From Candidatus Omnitrophota bacterium (GTDB taxonomy: Bacteria > Omnitrophota > Gorgyraeia > 1-14-0-20-64-10), in assembly GCA_016177405.1 (NCBI GenBank), contig JACOVG010000011.1, positions 7,910-71,909 of the forward strand: DNA of 64,000 nt, read 5' to 3'. Both the position numbers and the translations under genes were made by a program. Of this stretch, positions 25,107 to 35,608 are shown one piece after another (position 1 is the stretch's first letter; every line of letters starts with the position of its first letter). A model generated the notes under the pieces. That model was not told the DNA's origin, did no database searches, and saw nothing but the letters and a program-made list of their open reading frames with translations.

Positions 25107-26374
25107 TCCCGAACCTGTCCGCGGCCCTGAACAATGTATTTGTAGCTGGTCAGCTCTTCCAACCCCATGGGGCCGCGGGCATGGATCTTATCGGTGGAGA
25201 CACCGATCTCCGAGCCCAGCCCGAATTGGCCCCCATCGGTGAACCGGGTGGAGGCGTTCACGTAAACGCAGGCCGAGTCCACCTCGCGCGTGAAACGGCC
25301 AGCACGCGCCTTGGAGCGGGTGACAATGGCGTCGGAGTGGCCGGAGCCGAAGCGCCGGATGTGCCGGATCGCCTCCTCCACCGAGTCCACCACCTTAATG
25401 GAGAGGATCAAGGCAAGATATTCCGTGGCCCAGTCCTTCTCGGAGGCCGCCGCCACCGGCAGTCCCCTCAAGATCCGGCGGGTCGCGGCGTCGCCCCGAA
25501 GCTCCACCCCGGCCCTCAAGTATTCCTCGGCCATCGCCGGCAGAAACCGGGGGGCTGCCTTCCGGTGGACAAGGAGCGTTTCCATGGCGTTGCACACGCC
25601 CGGGCGCTGGACCTTGGCGTTGTAGCTGATCCGGCGCGCCATGGAAAGGTCACAGCCCTCATCCACGAAGGTGTGGCAGATCCCCTGGTACTGCTTGATC
25701 ACCGGCACCCGGGCCTTGGCCGTCACCTGGCGGATCAGCCCCTGGCCGCCCCGGGGGATGACCAGATCCACCCGCCCCACCGCCGAAAGAAGCAGGTCCA
25801 CCGCCTGGCGATCGGTGCTCCAGATCAGGTTCACCGAGCCCGCGGGCAGGCCGCCGGCCCGGACCCCCTTCTGAAGTCTTAGGAAGATCGCCCGGCTGGA
25901 AAGGATCGCCTCGGAGCCTCCCCTCAAGACGCAGGCGTTTCCGGACTTGAGGCACAGCCCCGCGCAGTCGGCGGTCACGTTGGGACGGGCCTCGTAGACA
26001 ATTCCAATGACGCCGATGGGCACCCGCACCTTGGAGATCCGAAGGCCGTTGGGACGCCTCCACCGGGCCAAGACCTTTCCCACCGGATCGGCCAGCGCCG
26101 CCACCTCCCGAAGGCCCTGGGCCATCTCCCGGATCCGCTTGGGATTAAGCTCGAGCCGGTCCAAGAGAGCCTGGCCCGTCCCCCTCCGGGAGGCGGCCTC
26201 AAGATCCCTGGCGTTGGCCTTCAGGATCTCCGGCGCGCCGGCGGTCAAGCTTTCCGCCATCGCCAGAAGGGCCCGGTTCTTGCGCCGGGTCGGCGCCCGG
26301 CTCAACTCGGCCGCCGCCTGCTTGGCCCCTTGGAGCAGGGCCTCCACCTGCCGCCGAAGCGATGGCCCGCTCAT
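25103..26374 (-). CDS. proA: Gamma-glutamyl phosphate reductase
   Basis: YEARPNVT, LKSGNA, IPRGG, CNAMETLL, NASTRFTDG, HARGPMGL. Confidence 0.96.
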   Translation of the reverse strand: MSGPSLRRQVEALLQGAKQAAAELSRAPTRRKNRALLAMAESLTAGAPEILKANARDLEAASRRGTGQALLDRLELNPKRIREMAQGLREVAALADPVGKVLARWRRPNGLRISKVRVPIGVIGIVYEARPNVTADCAGLCLKSGNACVLRGGSEAILSSRAIFLRLQKGVRAGGLPAGSVNLIWSTDRQAVDLLLSAVGRVDLVIPRGGQGLIRQVTAKARVPVIKQYQGICHTFVDEGCDLSMARRISYNAKVQRPGVCNAMETLLVHRKAAPRFLPAMAEEYLRAGVELRGDAATRRILRGLPVAAASEKDWATEYLALILSIKVVDSVEEAIRHIRRFGSGHSDAIVTRSKARAGRFTREVDSACVYVNASTRFTDGGQFGLGSEIGVSTDKIHARGPMGLEELTSYKYIVQGRGQVRE

Positions 26375-27504
26375 GGGGTGTGGACCAGGATCACCATCTG
26401 ATCCCGATGGATCACTTCCCTGGCCTTTCGCTTCAAGATCTCGCCGATTTGAGAAGAATTCATCCCGGCGATCCTGTTTAGCTCGTCGGAGGAATAGGCC
26501 ACCCTGCCCCGGGCGAATTCACCCCCCGCGTCGTCCACCACGGAAACCAGGTCTCCGCCGGCAAACGCCCCGTGCACCCGCCGGACCCCGGAGGCCAGCA
26601 GGGAACGGCCGCTCTTCGTCAGGGCTTCCCGGGCTCCCGCGTCCACCTGAAGCCTGCCCTTGGGGCGAGCGGTGAAAACCAGCCACCGCTTGCGGGCTTG
26701 AATCTTCTTCCCGCTTTTTGGAACAAAGAGGGTCCCGGAGAGCTTGCCTGCCAGAACCAGCTGGCTCAAGACCTGGGGCTTCGTGCCGTTTGCGAGCACC
26801 ATGGGAATTCCATTGGCCGTCACCAGGCGGGCGGCCCTGATTTTGCTGGCCATGCCGCCGGAGGAAGTGTCCTTGGAGGTCCCGTGGGCCAGGCGCTCCA
26901 GCTCCGGGGTGATTTCGCTCACCACCGGAATCACCCGCGCCCCCTCGTGGGAGGCGCCTCCGGACCTCTCTTCAAAGCCGTCCACGTCGGTCAAGAGGAC
27001 CAGCAGGTGGGCGTCCATGAGGTGGGCCAGCAAGGCGGAAAGCTCGTCGTTGTCGCCGAAGCGGATTTCCTCTGTGGAGACGGTGTCGTTCTCATTGATC
27101 ACCGGCACGACCCCTTCCTTCAACAGCGCGCGCATCGTCTGCCGGGCGTTCAGGTAGCGCTTCCGGTGGGTCAGATCCTCCCGGGTCAAAAGGATCTGGG
27201 CCGCCTTGATCCCCCATCCCCTCAACTTTTCGGCGTAGGAACCCATCAGCTGACCCTGGCCCACCGCGGCGGCCGCCTGAAGAAGGTGGATCTCCTGGGG
27301 CCGTTTCTCCCAGCCCAAGACCCCCATCCCCGCGCCGATGGCGCCGGAGGTGACCAAGAGCACCTCCTTCCCGGCCGAAACCAGCCGGGCCACATCCCGG
27401 GTGAGCTCCGCCACGCGGGACTCGTCCAGGGCATGGCAGTCCGTGGTGAGAACCGAGGTTCCCACCTTGACGACTATTCTCTTGGCGTCCTTAATCCATT
27501 CCAT
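26371..27504 (-). CDS. proB: Glutamate 5-kinase (with PUA domain)
   Basis: VVKVGTSVL, TSGAIGAG, INENDTV, FGDNDEL, GGMASKI. Confidence 0.96.
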   Translation of the reverse strand: MEWIKDAKRIVVKVGTSVLTTDCHALDESRVAELTRDVARLVSAGKEVLLVTSGAIGAGMGVLGWEKRPQEIHLLQAAAAVGQGQLMGSYAEKLRGWGIKAAQILLTREDLTHRKRYLNARQTMRALLKEGVVPVINENDTVSTEEIRFGDNDELSALLAHLMDAHLLVLLTDVDGFEERSGGASHEGARVIPVVSEITPELERLAHGTSKDTSSGGMASKIRAARLVTANGIPMVLANGTKPQVLSQLVLAGKLSGTLFVPKSGKKIQARKRWLVFTARPKGRLQVDAGAREALTKSGRSLLASGVRRVHGAFAGGDLVSVVDDAGGEFARGRVAYSSDELNRIAGMNSSQIGEILKRKAREVIHRDQMVILVHTP

Positions 27505-28513
27505 GTTGTTCGAGCGAAGCCGCCAGGGCCGCGAGCAGCTCCTTCAGCCCCTCGCCGGTCTCGGCGGAGATCGGAAGAATCTTCCGCCGGATCTGCCGGC
27601 GGAAGCGTTTGAGATTCTCCTGGGCCCGCGGGAGATCCATCTTGTTGGCCGCCAGGACCTGCGGCTTGGCCGCCACCCGCGGGTCGTAGGCCTTCAGCTC
27701 CGAAAGGAGCGTCCGGTAATCGGCCGCCGGGTCCCTGCCGTCAACGGCGGCCATATCAATCAGGTGGACCAAGACCCGGGTCCTCTCGATGTGCCGCAGG
27801 AAGGCGAGGCCCAGCCCCCGGCCCCGGTGGGCCCCCTCGATCAACCCCGGCACATCCACCGCCACGACGCGGCGCTCCCCGCCAAGAACCACCACCCCCA
27901 GCACCGGGCTTTTGGTGGTGAAGGGGAAGGCCGCCACCTGGGGGCGGGCCGCGGAGACCCGGGAGATGAGGGTGGATTTTCCGGCATTCGGCAGCCCGAC
28001 AATTCCCACGTCGGCCAGCACCTTCAGGGTGAGGGTCAGACGCCTGCGCTGGCCTTCCTCGCCTTCGATGGGGGCCGGCGTTTTGTCTTTGAACTTTTTC
28101 CAGCGCTGGGGAGAAATCCTGGAGACGGCGTTGCCGATCCCGCCGGCTCCGCCCGCGGCCACCACCACCTCCGCCTCCGGGGTCAGGAGCTCCCGGATCA
28201 GATCGTCGGTGTCGGCATCGCGCACCAGGGTGCCCGGAGGCACCTGGACGAGGCAGGGCTTGCCGTTGGCGCCGTGCTTCTTCTTGGAGGAACCGTTGCC
28301 GCCCGCGGCGGCGCGGAAATGACGCTGGGCGAGAAGATCGTGCAGGGTTGTCAGCTGGACGTTCGCGCGGATGAGGACGTCTCCTCCCCGCCCCCCGTTT
28401 CCCCCGTCAGGGATCGGGTGACGGGACCAAAGATCTGCGTAGAAAGAGCGGCATCCGTTACCGCCCCGGCCCGCCTCGACCCGGATCTCCGCCTGGTCGG
28501 CGAAACCCTTCAA
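27491..28513 (-). CDS. obgE: GTPase Obg/CgtA
   Basis: [45 protein letters not shown]. Confidence 0.95.
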   Translation of the reverse strand: MKGFADQAEIRVEAGRGGNGCRSFYADLWSRHPIPDGGNGGRGGDVLIRANVQLTTLHDLLAQRHFRAAAGGNGSSKKKHGANGKPCLVQVPPGTLVRDADTDDLIRELLTPEAEVVVAAGGAGGIGNAVSRISPQRWKKFKDKTPAPIEGEEGQRRRLTLTLKVLADVGIVGLPNAGKSTLISRVSAARPQVAAFPFTTKSPVLGVVVLGGERRVVAVDVPGLIEGAHRGRGLGLAFLRHIERTRVLVHLIDMAAVDGRDPAADYRTLLSELKAYDPRVAAKPQVLAANKMDLPRAQENLKRFRRQIRRKILPISAETGEGLKELLAALAASLEQHGMD

Positions 28514-28752
28514 CTGGCGCGAATGGCCACGACACCCGGCTTCGGGAAAACCACAATCCCGTCGCGAAGGGCAAAGAGGGTATCGTCCCCTCCCCGGCCC
28601 ACATTGAGGCCCGGCTTGACACGGGTCCCCCGCTGGCGGATCAGGATGGAGCCGGCGGTGACCAGCTGCCCGCCGTACGCCTTGACCCCCAGACGCTTGG
28701 AGTTGGAGTCGCGTCCGTTTCGAGAAGATCCTTGTGCTTTAGTGTGCGCCAT
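28510..28752 (-). CDS. rpmA: 50S ribosomal protein L27
   Basis: [24 protein letters not shown]. Confidence 0.97.
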   Translation of the reverse strand: MAHTKAQGSSRNGRDSNSKRLGVKAYGGQLVTAGSILIRQRGTRVKPGLNVGRGGDDTLFALRDGIVVFPKPGVVAIRAS

Positions 28753-29065
28753 TTTCTAAAATCTCCACCACCATGAGCCGGGTCAAGGGTTGGCGGTGAC
28801 CCACCTTCCGGTGGTAACCCTTGCGCCTCTTGTACTTGAAGTTGATCACCTTGGGCCCCTTGACCTGCCCCACGATCTTGGCCTTGACCAGAGCCCCCTT
28901 CACCAGGGGCTGGCCCGCCTCGAAGCGTTCCTCCTTGCGGATCGCCAGAACCTCGGCCAGGCGGACCTCGGTCCCTTCGGCCCCTTCGAGCTTCTCCACA
29001 TCCAGGAGAGTGCCCGGGCTCACCTTATACTGTTTGCCCCCGGTGGCTAAGATGGCATAGGTCAT
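28739..29065 (-). CDS. rplU: 50S ribosomal protein L21
   Basis: [26 protein letters not shown]. Confidence 0.97.
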   Translation of the reverse strand: MTYAILATGGKQYKVSPGTLLDVEKLEGAEGTEVRLAEVLAIRKEERFEAGQPLVKGALVKAKIVGQVKGPKVINFKYKRRKGYHRKVGHRQPLTRLMVVEILENGAH

Positions 29066-29084
29066 CGCGAGGCCTTGCATTGTA

Positions 29085-30095
29085 TCACAAGCGCTTCACC
29101 CAGGCGAGCCATTCCTTTTCGAGGGCGGCGGGGTCCACGTGGTACTCGGCCTTCAGGGCATCGGAGATGGGGATGCCCCAGCTCAAGCGCGTGAGGAGCG
29201 AGACCAGCCCGGTCACCCCCGCCTTCTTCACCAGGAATTGAACGATGAGGTACCCCTGGCCGTAAAGGGCCTGAAGGGCGGCCGTGGAACCGGTGTACTG
29301 CTCCCGCCAGAGCGCCTCCCAGCCCGGGAGGGCTCCCTTTCGCAGCGCCAAGCGGGTTTGCGAAAGGTCGGGCGGCCGGACCCTCGCCTCCTGGTAGGTG
29401 GCGATCCCCTCGTTCAGCCACGTGGGGCACTTCCCCTTGGCGAGGTCGTGGACCAGCACGTGGGTGTACTCGTGCCAGAGAACCGCCTTCAAGACGCCGG
29501 TCGCCTGGAGATTCCGGGTCAGCGGCAGGCGGATCTTCCCATCGTAAAGCCCGGCGACCTGGTGGCCGACCCCCTTGACCTTCTCGAAGTCCTCCTCCGG
29601 ATAAAGGATCACCGTGATGGCGTAGGCCGGAAAATACTGGAACGACTGCCCCACCAGCCGGTGGGTGTCCCTCAAGAGCTGTTTCAGCTCTCCCAGATCC
29701 ACCGGGGTTTGCCCCTCGGCGAAGCGGACCACAAAGGGGTGGGTGTCGGAGCGGGCGAGGTCCTTCTCCACCTTGAGCTCTTTCCTCACCTTCGCCAGCG
29801 ACTCCTGAATGTCCGTCCGGGAGGGGGCGAGCTTGGCGGCCTGCTCCAGCTCCGCCAGCGCCTTCAGAAGCTCCTGGCGAAGGTAATAAAGCTCCCCCAA
29901 GAGAAGGTGGGCGTCCACGTGCCGGGGCTCTTCCGCGACCGCCTCCGCGGCATACCGGTAGGCCTCCTCCAGCTTCCGGTCCTGGTAGGCCGCCAGGGCC
30001 CTGGAGAAAGCGGAGGTCTCCTCCGAGGAGAGAGCGGCAAACGGCAGACCGCAAGCGGTCAGCAAAAGCGCAACGGCAGCCCAAAAACGCTTCAT
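29085..30095 (-). CDS. Exported TPR plus zinc metallopeptidase (peptidase MA-like)
   Basis: Signal peptide with possible lipobox LTAC; TPR helices; HEYTH...WLNEGIA gluzincin motif; start MKRFW. Confidence 0.8.
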   Translation of the reverse strand: MKRFWAAVALLLTACGLPFAALSSEETSAFSRALAAYQDRKLEEAYRYAAEAVAEEPRHVDAHLLLGELYYLRQELLKALAELEQAAKLAPSRTDIQESLAKVRKELKVEKDLARSDTHPFVVRFAEGQTPVDLGELKQLLRDTHRLVGQSFQYFPAYAITVILYPEEDFEKVKGVGHQVAGLYDGKIRLPLTRNLQATGVLKAVLWHEYTHVLVHDLAKGKCPTWLNEGIATYQEARVRPPDLSQTRLALRKGALPGWEALWREQYTGSTAALQALYGQGYLIVQFLVKKAGVTGLVSLLTRLSWGIPISDALKAEYHVDPAALEKEWLAWVKRL

Positions 30096-31594
30096 ACCGG
30101 CTGGATCTTGACGGTCTCCAGGTGGAGCGTGGGATCGGCCTTCACCACCACGCGGCCGTGGTACTCCTTCTCGATCTGGGCGATCGAGTTGCGGTCCTCG
30201 TTGAAGAGGCGGCCGGCCAGATCCGGATGGACCGTCACCTCGACCGTCGGCTTCTTGGAGGTCAGGAAGGTCTTCTTGATCTGGCGCAGGGCCGAGATCG
30301 AAACGGTCAAGGCCGAGCGGATGGAGCCTCGCCCCTGGCAATAGGGGCACTCCTGGAAATTGACCGACGCGAGCGACCGGCGGACCCTCTGCCGGGTCAT
30401 CTCCACCAGGCCAAACTCCGACAGGAAGATGAGGTTGGTCTTGGCCCGGTCTTTGCGCATGGCGTTCTGCAGGGTGTTGAAGATCTTCTGGCGGTGGGAC
30501 TGGGCGTTCATGTCGATGAAGTCGATGATCAGGATCCCGCCCAGATCGCGCAGGCGGATCTGGCGGGGAATCTCCTTGGCCGCCTCCATGTTGGTCACGA
30601 AGGCGGTCTCCTCCAGGTTCTTCCTTCCGGTGAATTTCCCGGAGTTCACGTCAATGGCCACCAGGCTCTCCGTCTGCTCAAAGATCACGTGGCCGCCGCT
30701 GGGGAGCTCCACCTTGCGGTTGTAGAACCGCTCGATCTCCCGCTCGAGGCCCCGCTTCTCAAACAGGGGCACGGCCTCGTGGTAATATTCCACCCGCGAG
30801 CGCAGGTGAGGCTCGGTCTGCGCCAGAAACCGCTGGATCTGCTGGAACTCCGGCTTGGAGTCCACCAGCATCTTGGTGACCTCCTCGGTCAGGTGGTCCC
30901 GGACGATCCGAAGGGTCAGGTTGTACTCCTCATGGATCAAGGCCGGGGAAACCGAACGGACCGAGCGGACCTTGACCCGCTTCCACAGGGAAAGCAGGAA
31001 CCTCAAGTCCCCGGCCAGCTGCTTGCGCTGGGCCCCCAGGGCGGCGGTGCGCACGATGAGCCCCATGTCGGTGGGGGCGCGAAGCTCCCTCAAGAGCGCC
31101 CTCAACCGGTCCCGCTCCTTGTGGTCATCCACCCTCCGGGAGATGCCGAAGGAGCCGTCCATCGGCATCAGGACCAGGAACCGCCCGGGCAGCGTCAGGT
31201 GGGTGGTGAGGCGCGGCCCCTTCGTGCCGAGGGGCTCCTTGATCACCTGGACCAGGATCTCCTGCCCCACCCGCACCAGATCCTGAATCCTGGGCTGGAC
31301 ATGCCCGGCCAGCGGGGCGGCCGCCGGTTTTCCCGACTCCATCTGGACCGCCTCCACGACCTCCGGAGAGGGCCCGACGATGTCGGTCAAATACAGAAAG
31401 CCGTTCTTCCCGATTCCCAAATCCACAAAGCAGGCCCGGATCCCCGGCACGATGGAGGTCACCTTGCCTTTGTAGATGTTGCCCAGAAGGGGCGCCGGGG
31501 TGGAGCGCTCCACGTAAAACTCGTCGAAGGCCCCCTCCTGCACCACCGCCACCCGGGTTTCCATCGGTTCCACATTGATCAAAAGTTCCTTCAT
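30092..31594 (-). CDS. rng: Ribonuclease E/G family protein
   Basis: GNIYKGKV, KEPLGTKGPRLT, AIDVNSG, LRDLGGILIIDFIDM, CPYCQGRG. Confidence 0.93.
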   Translation of the reverse strand: MKELLINVEPMETRVAVVQEGAFDEFYVERSTPAPLLGNIYKGKVTSIVPGIRACFVDLGIGKNGFLYLTDIVGPSPEVVEAVQMESGKPAAAPLAGHVQPRIQDLVRVGQEILVQVIKEPLGTKGPRLTTHLTLPGRFLVLMPMDGSFGISRRVDDHKERDRLRALLRELRAPTDMGLIVRTAALGAQRKQLAGDLRFLLSLWKRVKVRSVRSVSPALIHEEYNLTLRIVRDHLTEEVTKMLVDSKPEFQQIQRFLAQTEPHLRSRVEYYHEAVPLFEKRGLEREIERFYNRKVELPSGGHVIFEQTESLVAIDVNSGKFTGRKNLEETAFVTNMEAAKEIPRQIRLRDLGGILIIDFIDMNAQSHRQKIFNTLQNAMRKDRAKTNLIFLSEFGLVEMTRQRVRRSLASVNFQECPYCQGRGSIRSALTVSISALRQIKKTFLTSKKPTVEVTVHPDLAGRLFNEDRNSIAQIEKEYHGRVVVKADPTLHLETVKIQPV

Positions 31595-31914
31595 TCCTTC
31601 TCCTTAACAATAGCCTTAAGCTCGGAAAGCTCTTTCTTCAGCGCTTCCTGCTCTCGGCGCAGATGCTGTAACTCCTCTAAGATCTTCTCGTGTTCCCCAT
31701 GCAAGGCGGTGAACCCGCTGGCGACAAGCTGCTGCGTGTCCCAGTCGATTCGGCCCTTTCGGAACCGCTTCAGATCCACCGCGTCCTCAAAGGTCTCTTC
31801 CTCCTTCACCTCCTCCTTGGGGGCCGGAGGCGGCCGGTACTGGGCTTCCACCGGCGCGGCCGCCAGCCCAAGTCCCGCCGCGGCCAAAAGAGCCGTCCAA
31901 AAGCTTAGCTTCAT
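31591..31914 (-). CDS. Small secreted coiled-coil hypothetical protein
   Basis: Signal peptide MKLSFWTALLAAAGLGLAAAPVEA; overlaps both neighbours by 4 bp. Confidence 0.65.
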   Translation of the reverse strand: MKLSFWTALLAAAGLGLAAAPVEAQYRPPPAPKEEVKEEETFEDAVDLKRFRKGRIDWDTQQLVASGFTALHGEHEKILEELQHLRREQEALKKELSELKAIVKEKE

Positions 31915-33293
31915 AAGAGAATCGAGGTGGCCAGCGCCAAGTAAGTCGCGGTGGCAATCAGGTCGGTGATCGTGGTGATGAGCGGCCCGGTCGCCGTGGC
32001 CGGGTCGATCCCCAGCCGCTTGAAGAAAAAGGGCTCCACCGCGCCGATCGTCGCGGCCACCACCATGGAGGTCAGCATCCCCAGGCAAACCACCAAAGCA
32101 AAATAGGCGCCATACCTCCGGCCATAGAGCCCGAAAGCGAAGAGCCCCACCAAAAGACCGTACGACAATCCCAGGATGAGCCCCACCGCCAGCTCCCTGA
32201 CCATGATCTTTGTCCACTCGCCGGCTTGAATCTGTCCGGTGGCCAAACCCCGGACCACGATGGTGGCCGACTGGGACCCCACGTTGCCGCCCATCGCCGC
32301 GATGAGCGGCATGAAGGAGGCCAGCGCGACGACCGCCAGCAGTGTTCCTTCAAAGTGCTTGATCACGAACGACACCAAGACTCCGCCCGCGATGGAGGCC
32401 ACCAGCCACGGCAGCCGCAATCTCACGATCCTCAAGATGTTGGCCGCCTTGAACTCCTCGGGGCGGGTTCCGGCCATCTTGGCGATGTCCTCGCTCGCCT
32501 CCTGGTGGATGATGTCCAGCACGTCGTCCACAAGCAGCACCCCCGCCAAACGGCCGGTTTCATCCACCACGGGCGCCGAGAGGAGATTGTACTTGGCGAC
32601 CAGCCGGGCCGCCTCCTCCTGGTCGGCGCCGGCCTGAATCCGGATCGCGGAGGCGGAGGAGAGAAGCTCCTTCACCAGGCTGTCGTGGGGCGCCGACACC
32701 AGCGTCTGCAGCGACACGAAGCCGATCAGGGAGCCGCCGCCGTTGACCACATAGAGGTTGGCCAACAGCCCCTCCTCGTGGACATGGGTGCGGGTCAAGG
32801 CGCGAACCAGCTCCAGGGCCTGCGAGGCGGTCATCGACTCCTTGAGCCGCACCACACCGGTGTGCATGAGGGCCCCGGCGGTCCCGCGCGGATAAGCCAG
32901 GGACTGCTCGAGCTTCTCGGCCGCCTCCTCCTTCTTGACGAGGTTGGTCAATTTCCGGACCACCCTTCGGGGAAGCTTCCGGAAGAGGTGGGCCGCTTCG
33001 CCCGGCGGGAGATCCTCCACCATCTGCCCGGTTCCCTGATCCCCCAGGGCCGTCAGGAGAAAGCCCTGGTCCTTCACATCCAGCTCCTCGAAAACGACCA
33101 CCGCGCGCCGGGTCGCCAGGATCTGAAAGAGGGTCAGCTGCTCTTCCCGGGTGAACTCGGACCACCCCTCGGCCAGATCCACGGGATTGATCTCCCTCAA
33201 GGCGCTCTTGAGCGTGGCGAGGTCCCGGAGCGCCAGGAGCTGCTTCAGCTCCGGAAGGAAAAGGGCGTAGGCCTTAACGGTCTTGGTCAACAA
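31911..33293 (-). CDS. mgtE: Magnesium transporter MgtE
   Basis: TAGALM, CBS pair, RLPWL, PLIAAMGGNVGSQ, DPATATGPLITTITD. Confidence 0.95.
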   Translation of the reverse strand: MLTKTVKAYALFLPELKQLLALRDLATLKSALREINPVDLAEGWSEFTREEQLTLFQILATRRAVVVFEELDVKDQGFLLTALGDQGTGQMVEDLPPGEAAHLFRKLPRRVVRKLTNLVKKEEAAEKLEQSLAYPRGTAGALMHTGVVRLKESMTASQALELVRALTRTHVHEEGLLANLYVVNGGGSLIGFVSLQTLVSAPHDSLVKELLSSASAIRIQAGADQEEAARLVAKYNLLSAPVVDETGRLAGVLLVDDVLDIIHQEASEDIAKMAGTRPEEFKAANILRIVRLRLPWLVASIAGGVLVSFVIKHFEGTLLAVVALASFMPLIAAMGGNVGSQSATIVVRGLATGQIQAGEWTKIMVRELAVGLILGLSYGLLVGLFAFGLYGRRYGAYFALVVCLGMLTSMVVAATIGAVEPFFFKRLGIDPATATGPLITTITDLIATATYLALATSILL

Positions 33294-33305
33294 GCAGCCT
33301 GGGTT

Positions 33306-34925
33306 TTAATGGGGCTTCGGAGAAGAGCCCTTTCGGACGGACATCTTATTTCGCAGAAACTCCTCGTACCGGCGCTGGAGGCGCTCGGTCTCCTCCGGGG
33401 AAAGGCTTCCCGGCTCAACAATCTTGGCCGTGATGAAGATCAGGAGGTCAATCTTCTCCGTGTCCACCGTCTCCCGCGAGAAGAGAAATCCGATCAGGGG
33501 GAGTTTGCCCAGAAAGGGAAGGCCGATCCTCGATTTGGATTTGATGTCTTTCAAAAGACCCCCGATGACGATCGTCTCTCCATGTTCCATCACCACCTGG
33601 GTCTCGGCCTCCCGGATGTTGATGATGGGATAGGCGTTGGTGCCGATCGTTGAGCCGCGGGTGGAGATGATGGGGTGGACGATCAGGTCGATGTGCTCGT
33701 CGCCCCCCACCGAGGGAACCACGAAGAGCTCAATCCCGATGTCCTGGTAGTAGGAGAGGGACTCCGTGGTCTGGGGCGAGTCGCCCCCTGAAACCGTCCG
33801 CTCGATGATCGGGTATTTCTCACCGATCAGGATCCTGGCCTCCTGGCCCGACAGGGTCAGGACGTGCGGGGCCGAGAGGGTGTTGGTCCGCAGGTCCTCC
33901 TCCAGGGCCCGCACAATAACCTCAAACTGCGGCTCATTGAGCTTCCGAAAGAGAAACTCCAACCCCGCGTTGATACCGGTTCCCGCCCCGCCGATCGAGG
34001 CCTTGGGGCCGAAGTTGGAAGGGGTGACCGCCGTCGCCAAAACCTGGGCTCCTGTTTCCGCGATGGAGATCGGAGCGGCCGATTCGGAATTCTGCTTGGC
34101 CGCCGAGAACACCGTGGGCAGCGCCGTGGCGCTTTCCACACCGGTCGTGCCGGTTCCGATGTCCAGCCCGAAATCGCGCAGCAGGTCTCTGCTGACCTCC
34201 ATGACGCGGGTTTCTATCAGGATCTGCTGGGGCAGGGTGTCGATCTTGGTCAGGATCTTCTCCAGACGGTCGATCGTGGTGGGGGTATCGGTGATCACAA
34301 TCGCCTTGGAGCGGGCCGCCTCCCGCTCCCGGCGTTCCCGGGTTTCCGAACCGCTCGTGGAGCTGCCGGCCTCGGCGCCGCCGAATTCCCAACCTTTTTG
34401 TCCTGTGATCTCCAGCACCGAGATCTTGCCCTGGGCGGTCAACTGCGGCTCGAGAAAGTTCTTCACATCGGCGGCGTCCAGGTAGCGAAGCTGAATCACC
34501 TTCGTGGTCACCGGCTCAATCTCCACCAGCTCCTTCACCGCCTCCCGGCGGGTCTTCAGCTCCTCCAGGGTGGTCACCACTATGACGTTGTCTTCCTTCT
34601 CGTAGGCCAGCCCGTAGGTGCGCACAATGGTGTCCAGCGCCTGCTCCCAGCTGACGCCCTCCAGATGAATCGAAACGATGCCCTGGATGTCGGCGGCGGT
34701 GACGATGTTGATTTTTCCCTTCCGGGCCAGGGCCTGGAGAACCGTCTGGATCTCCGCCTCCTTGAAATCCAAAGACAGGCTCCCCGGCTCGGCCGCGATC
34801 GGGGGCGGCTCCACCGAGATCGCCTGAACCACCTGCAGGGCCTCTTCCCCCTGGGTGGTGAGCGGACCTGCGGAAAAAAGGAGAACGGATAAAACAAGTA
34901 AAAGAAGGAGCGGGGTCGGCTTCAT
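33306..34925 (-). CDS. pilQ: Type IV pilus secretin (PilQ-like)
   Basis: SLDFKEAEIQTVL, VSWEQALDTI, QILIETRVMEV, LSAPHVLT, GETIVIGGL, LPFLGKLPLIGFLF. Confidence 0.85.
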   Translation of the reverse strand: MKPTPLLLLLVLSVLLFSAGPLTTQGEEALQVVQAISVEPPPIAAEPGSLSLDFKEAEIQTVLQALARKGKINIVTAADIQGIVSIHLEGVSWEQALDTIVRTYGLAYEKEDNVIVVTTLEELKTRREAVKELVEIEPVTTKVIQLRYLDAADVKNFLEPQLTAQGKISVLEITGQKGWEFGGAEAGSSTSGSETRERREREAARSKAIVITDTPTTIDRLEKILTKIDTLPQQILIETRVMEVSRDLLRDFGLDIGTGTTGVESATALPTVFSAAKQNSESAAPISIAETGAQVLATAVTPSNFGPKASIGGAGTGINAGLEFLFRKLNEPQFEVIVRALEEDLRTNTLSAPHVLTLSGQEARILIGEKYPIIERTVSGGDSPQTTESLSYYQDIGIELFVVPSVGGDEHIDLIVHPIISTRGSTIGTNAYPIINIREAETQVVMEHGETIVIGGLLKDIKSKSRIGLPFLGKLPLIGFLFSRETVDTEKIDLLIFITAKIVEPGSLSPEETERLQRRYEEFLRNKMSVRKGSSPKPH

Positions 34926-35608
34926 GGCGTCTCTTCTCCCTGTGTGGGGCTTTCGGTTATCCCTTCCTCGCGGGTGCGGCTCAACGTGAGGCGGTGCGGC
35001 TGGCCCTCCACCAGCACCGTCACCGCCGTGGGCGTAATGGCCAGGATCTTGGCTCCGTTGATGTCGTCGTTCACCCGGACAATCTTCCCATTGATCAGAG
35101 CGTATGAATCGTCCGCCGGATCAAACACCACCCCCTGGAGCACCAGGGACTCTATCCCGGTCTCCTCCCCCTCGTCCAAACCGGGCGGGACGACCCGGAC
35201 CCCCTCCTCGGTCAAAAGCGCGATGAACGGGTCTCTCTTTCCCCTGGACTGGTATTCCCCCGCCGCCCCGGCCGCGAATCCGAGCGTCAACAGGAGCCCC
35301 GCCGCCAGCCCCGCGAATTTTTTAGAACCGGTTGCATAAATCCGCGTGAGCCGCGTTGCGAGCGCCAAGGGGGCAGATCCGAGGAACGACGACGATGGCG
35401 TACTCCCTGGAGTACGTCGAGGAGGAGTGACGAAGGAGATGCCCCCCTGCCGCCGCAACCCGAAGGGCTGGGCGGACTTGCTTCGCCGGGCGGCGTTGCT
35501 CGTCGTCGGCGCAGCGCTCCTCCGGCTGCGCCGTCCTCCTCGCGCCTTGCCCGGCTCGCAATTGCGCCCAGCGCGGCCACGGGGATTTATGCAACCGGTT
35601 CTAGCCAT
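34922..35608 (-). CDS. PilP/GspC-like pilus assembly protein with an in-frame MITE after codon 2
   Basis: KRDPF and LQGVVF...ALING motifs; position between pilO and pilQ; removing the MITE gives MAKKFAGLAAGLLLTLGFAAG. Confidence 0.7.
   Translation of the reverse strand: MARTGCINPRGRAGRNCEPGKARGGRRSRRSAAPTTSNAARRSKSAQPFGLRRQGGISFVTPPRRTPGSTPSSSFLGSAPLALATRLTRIYATGSKKFAGLAAGLLLTLGFAAGAAGEYQSRGKRDPFIALLTEEGVRVVPPGLDEGEETGIESLVLQGVVFDPADDSYALINGKIVRVNDDINGAKILAITPTAVTVLVEGQPHRLTLSRTREEGITESPTQGEETP
35325..35601. mobile_element. MITE, 277 bp, with terminal inverted repeats and TA duplication
   Basis: TAGAACCGGTTGCATAAATCC (35323-35343) and GGATTTATGCAACCGGTTCTA (35583-35603) form a perfect 21-bp inverted repeat including the flanking TA; no transposase. 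Confidence 0.88.

Noticed and set aside
35323-35603. Equal 279-bp length of the MITE insertion and of the duplicated GLEE module
   Set aside because: No sequence similarity between them; treated as coincidence.
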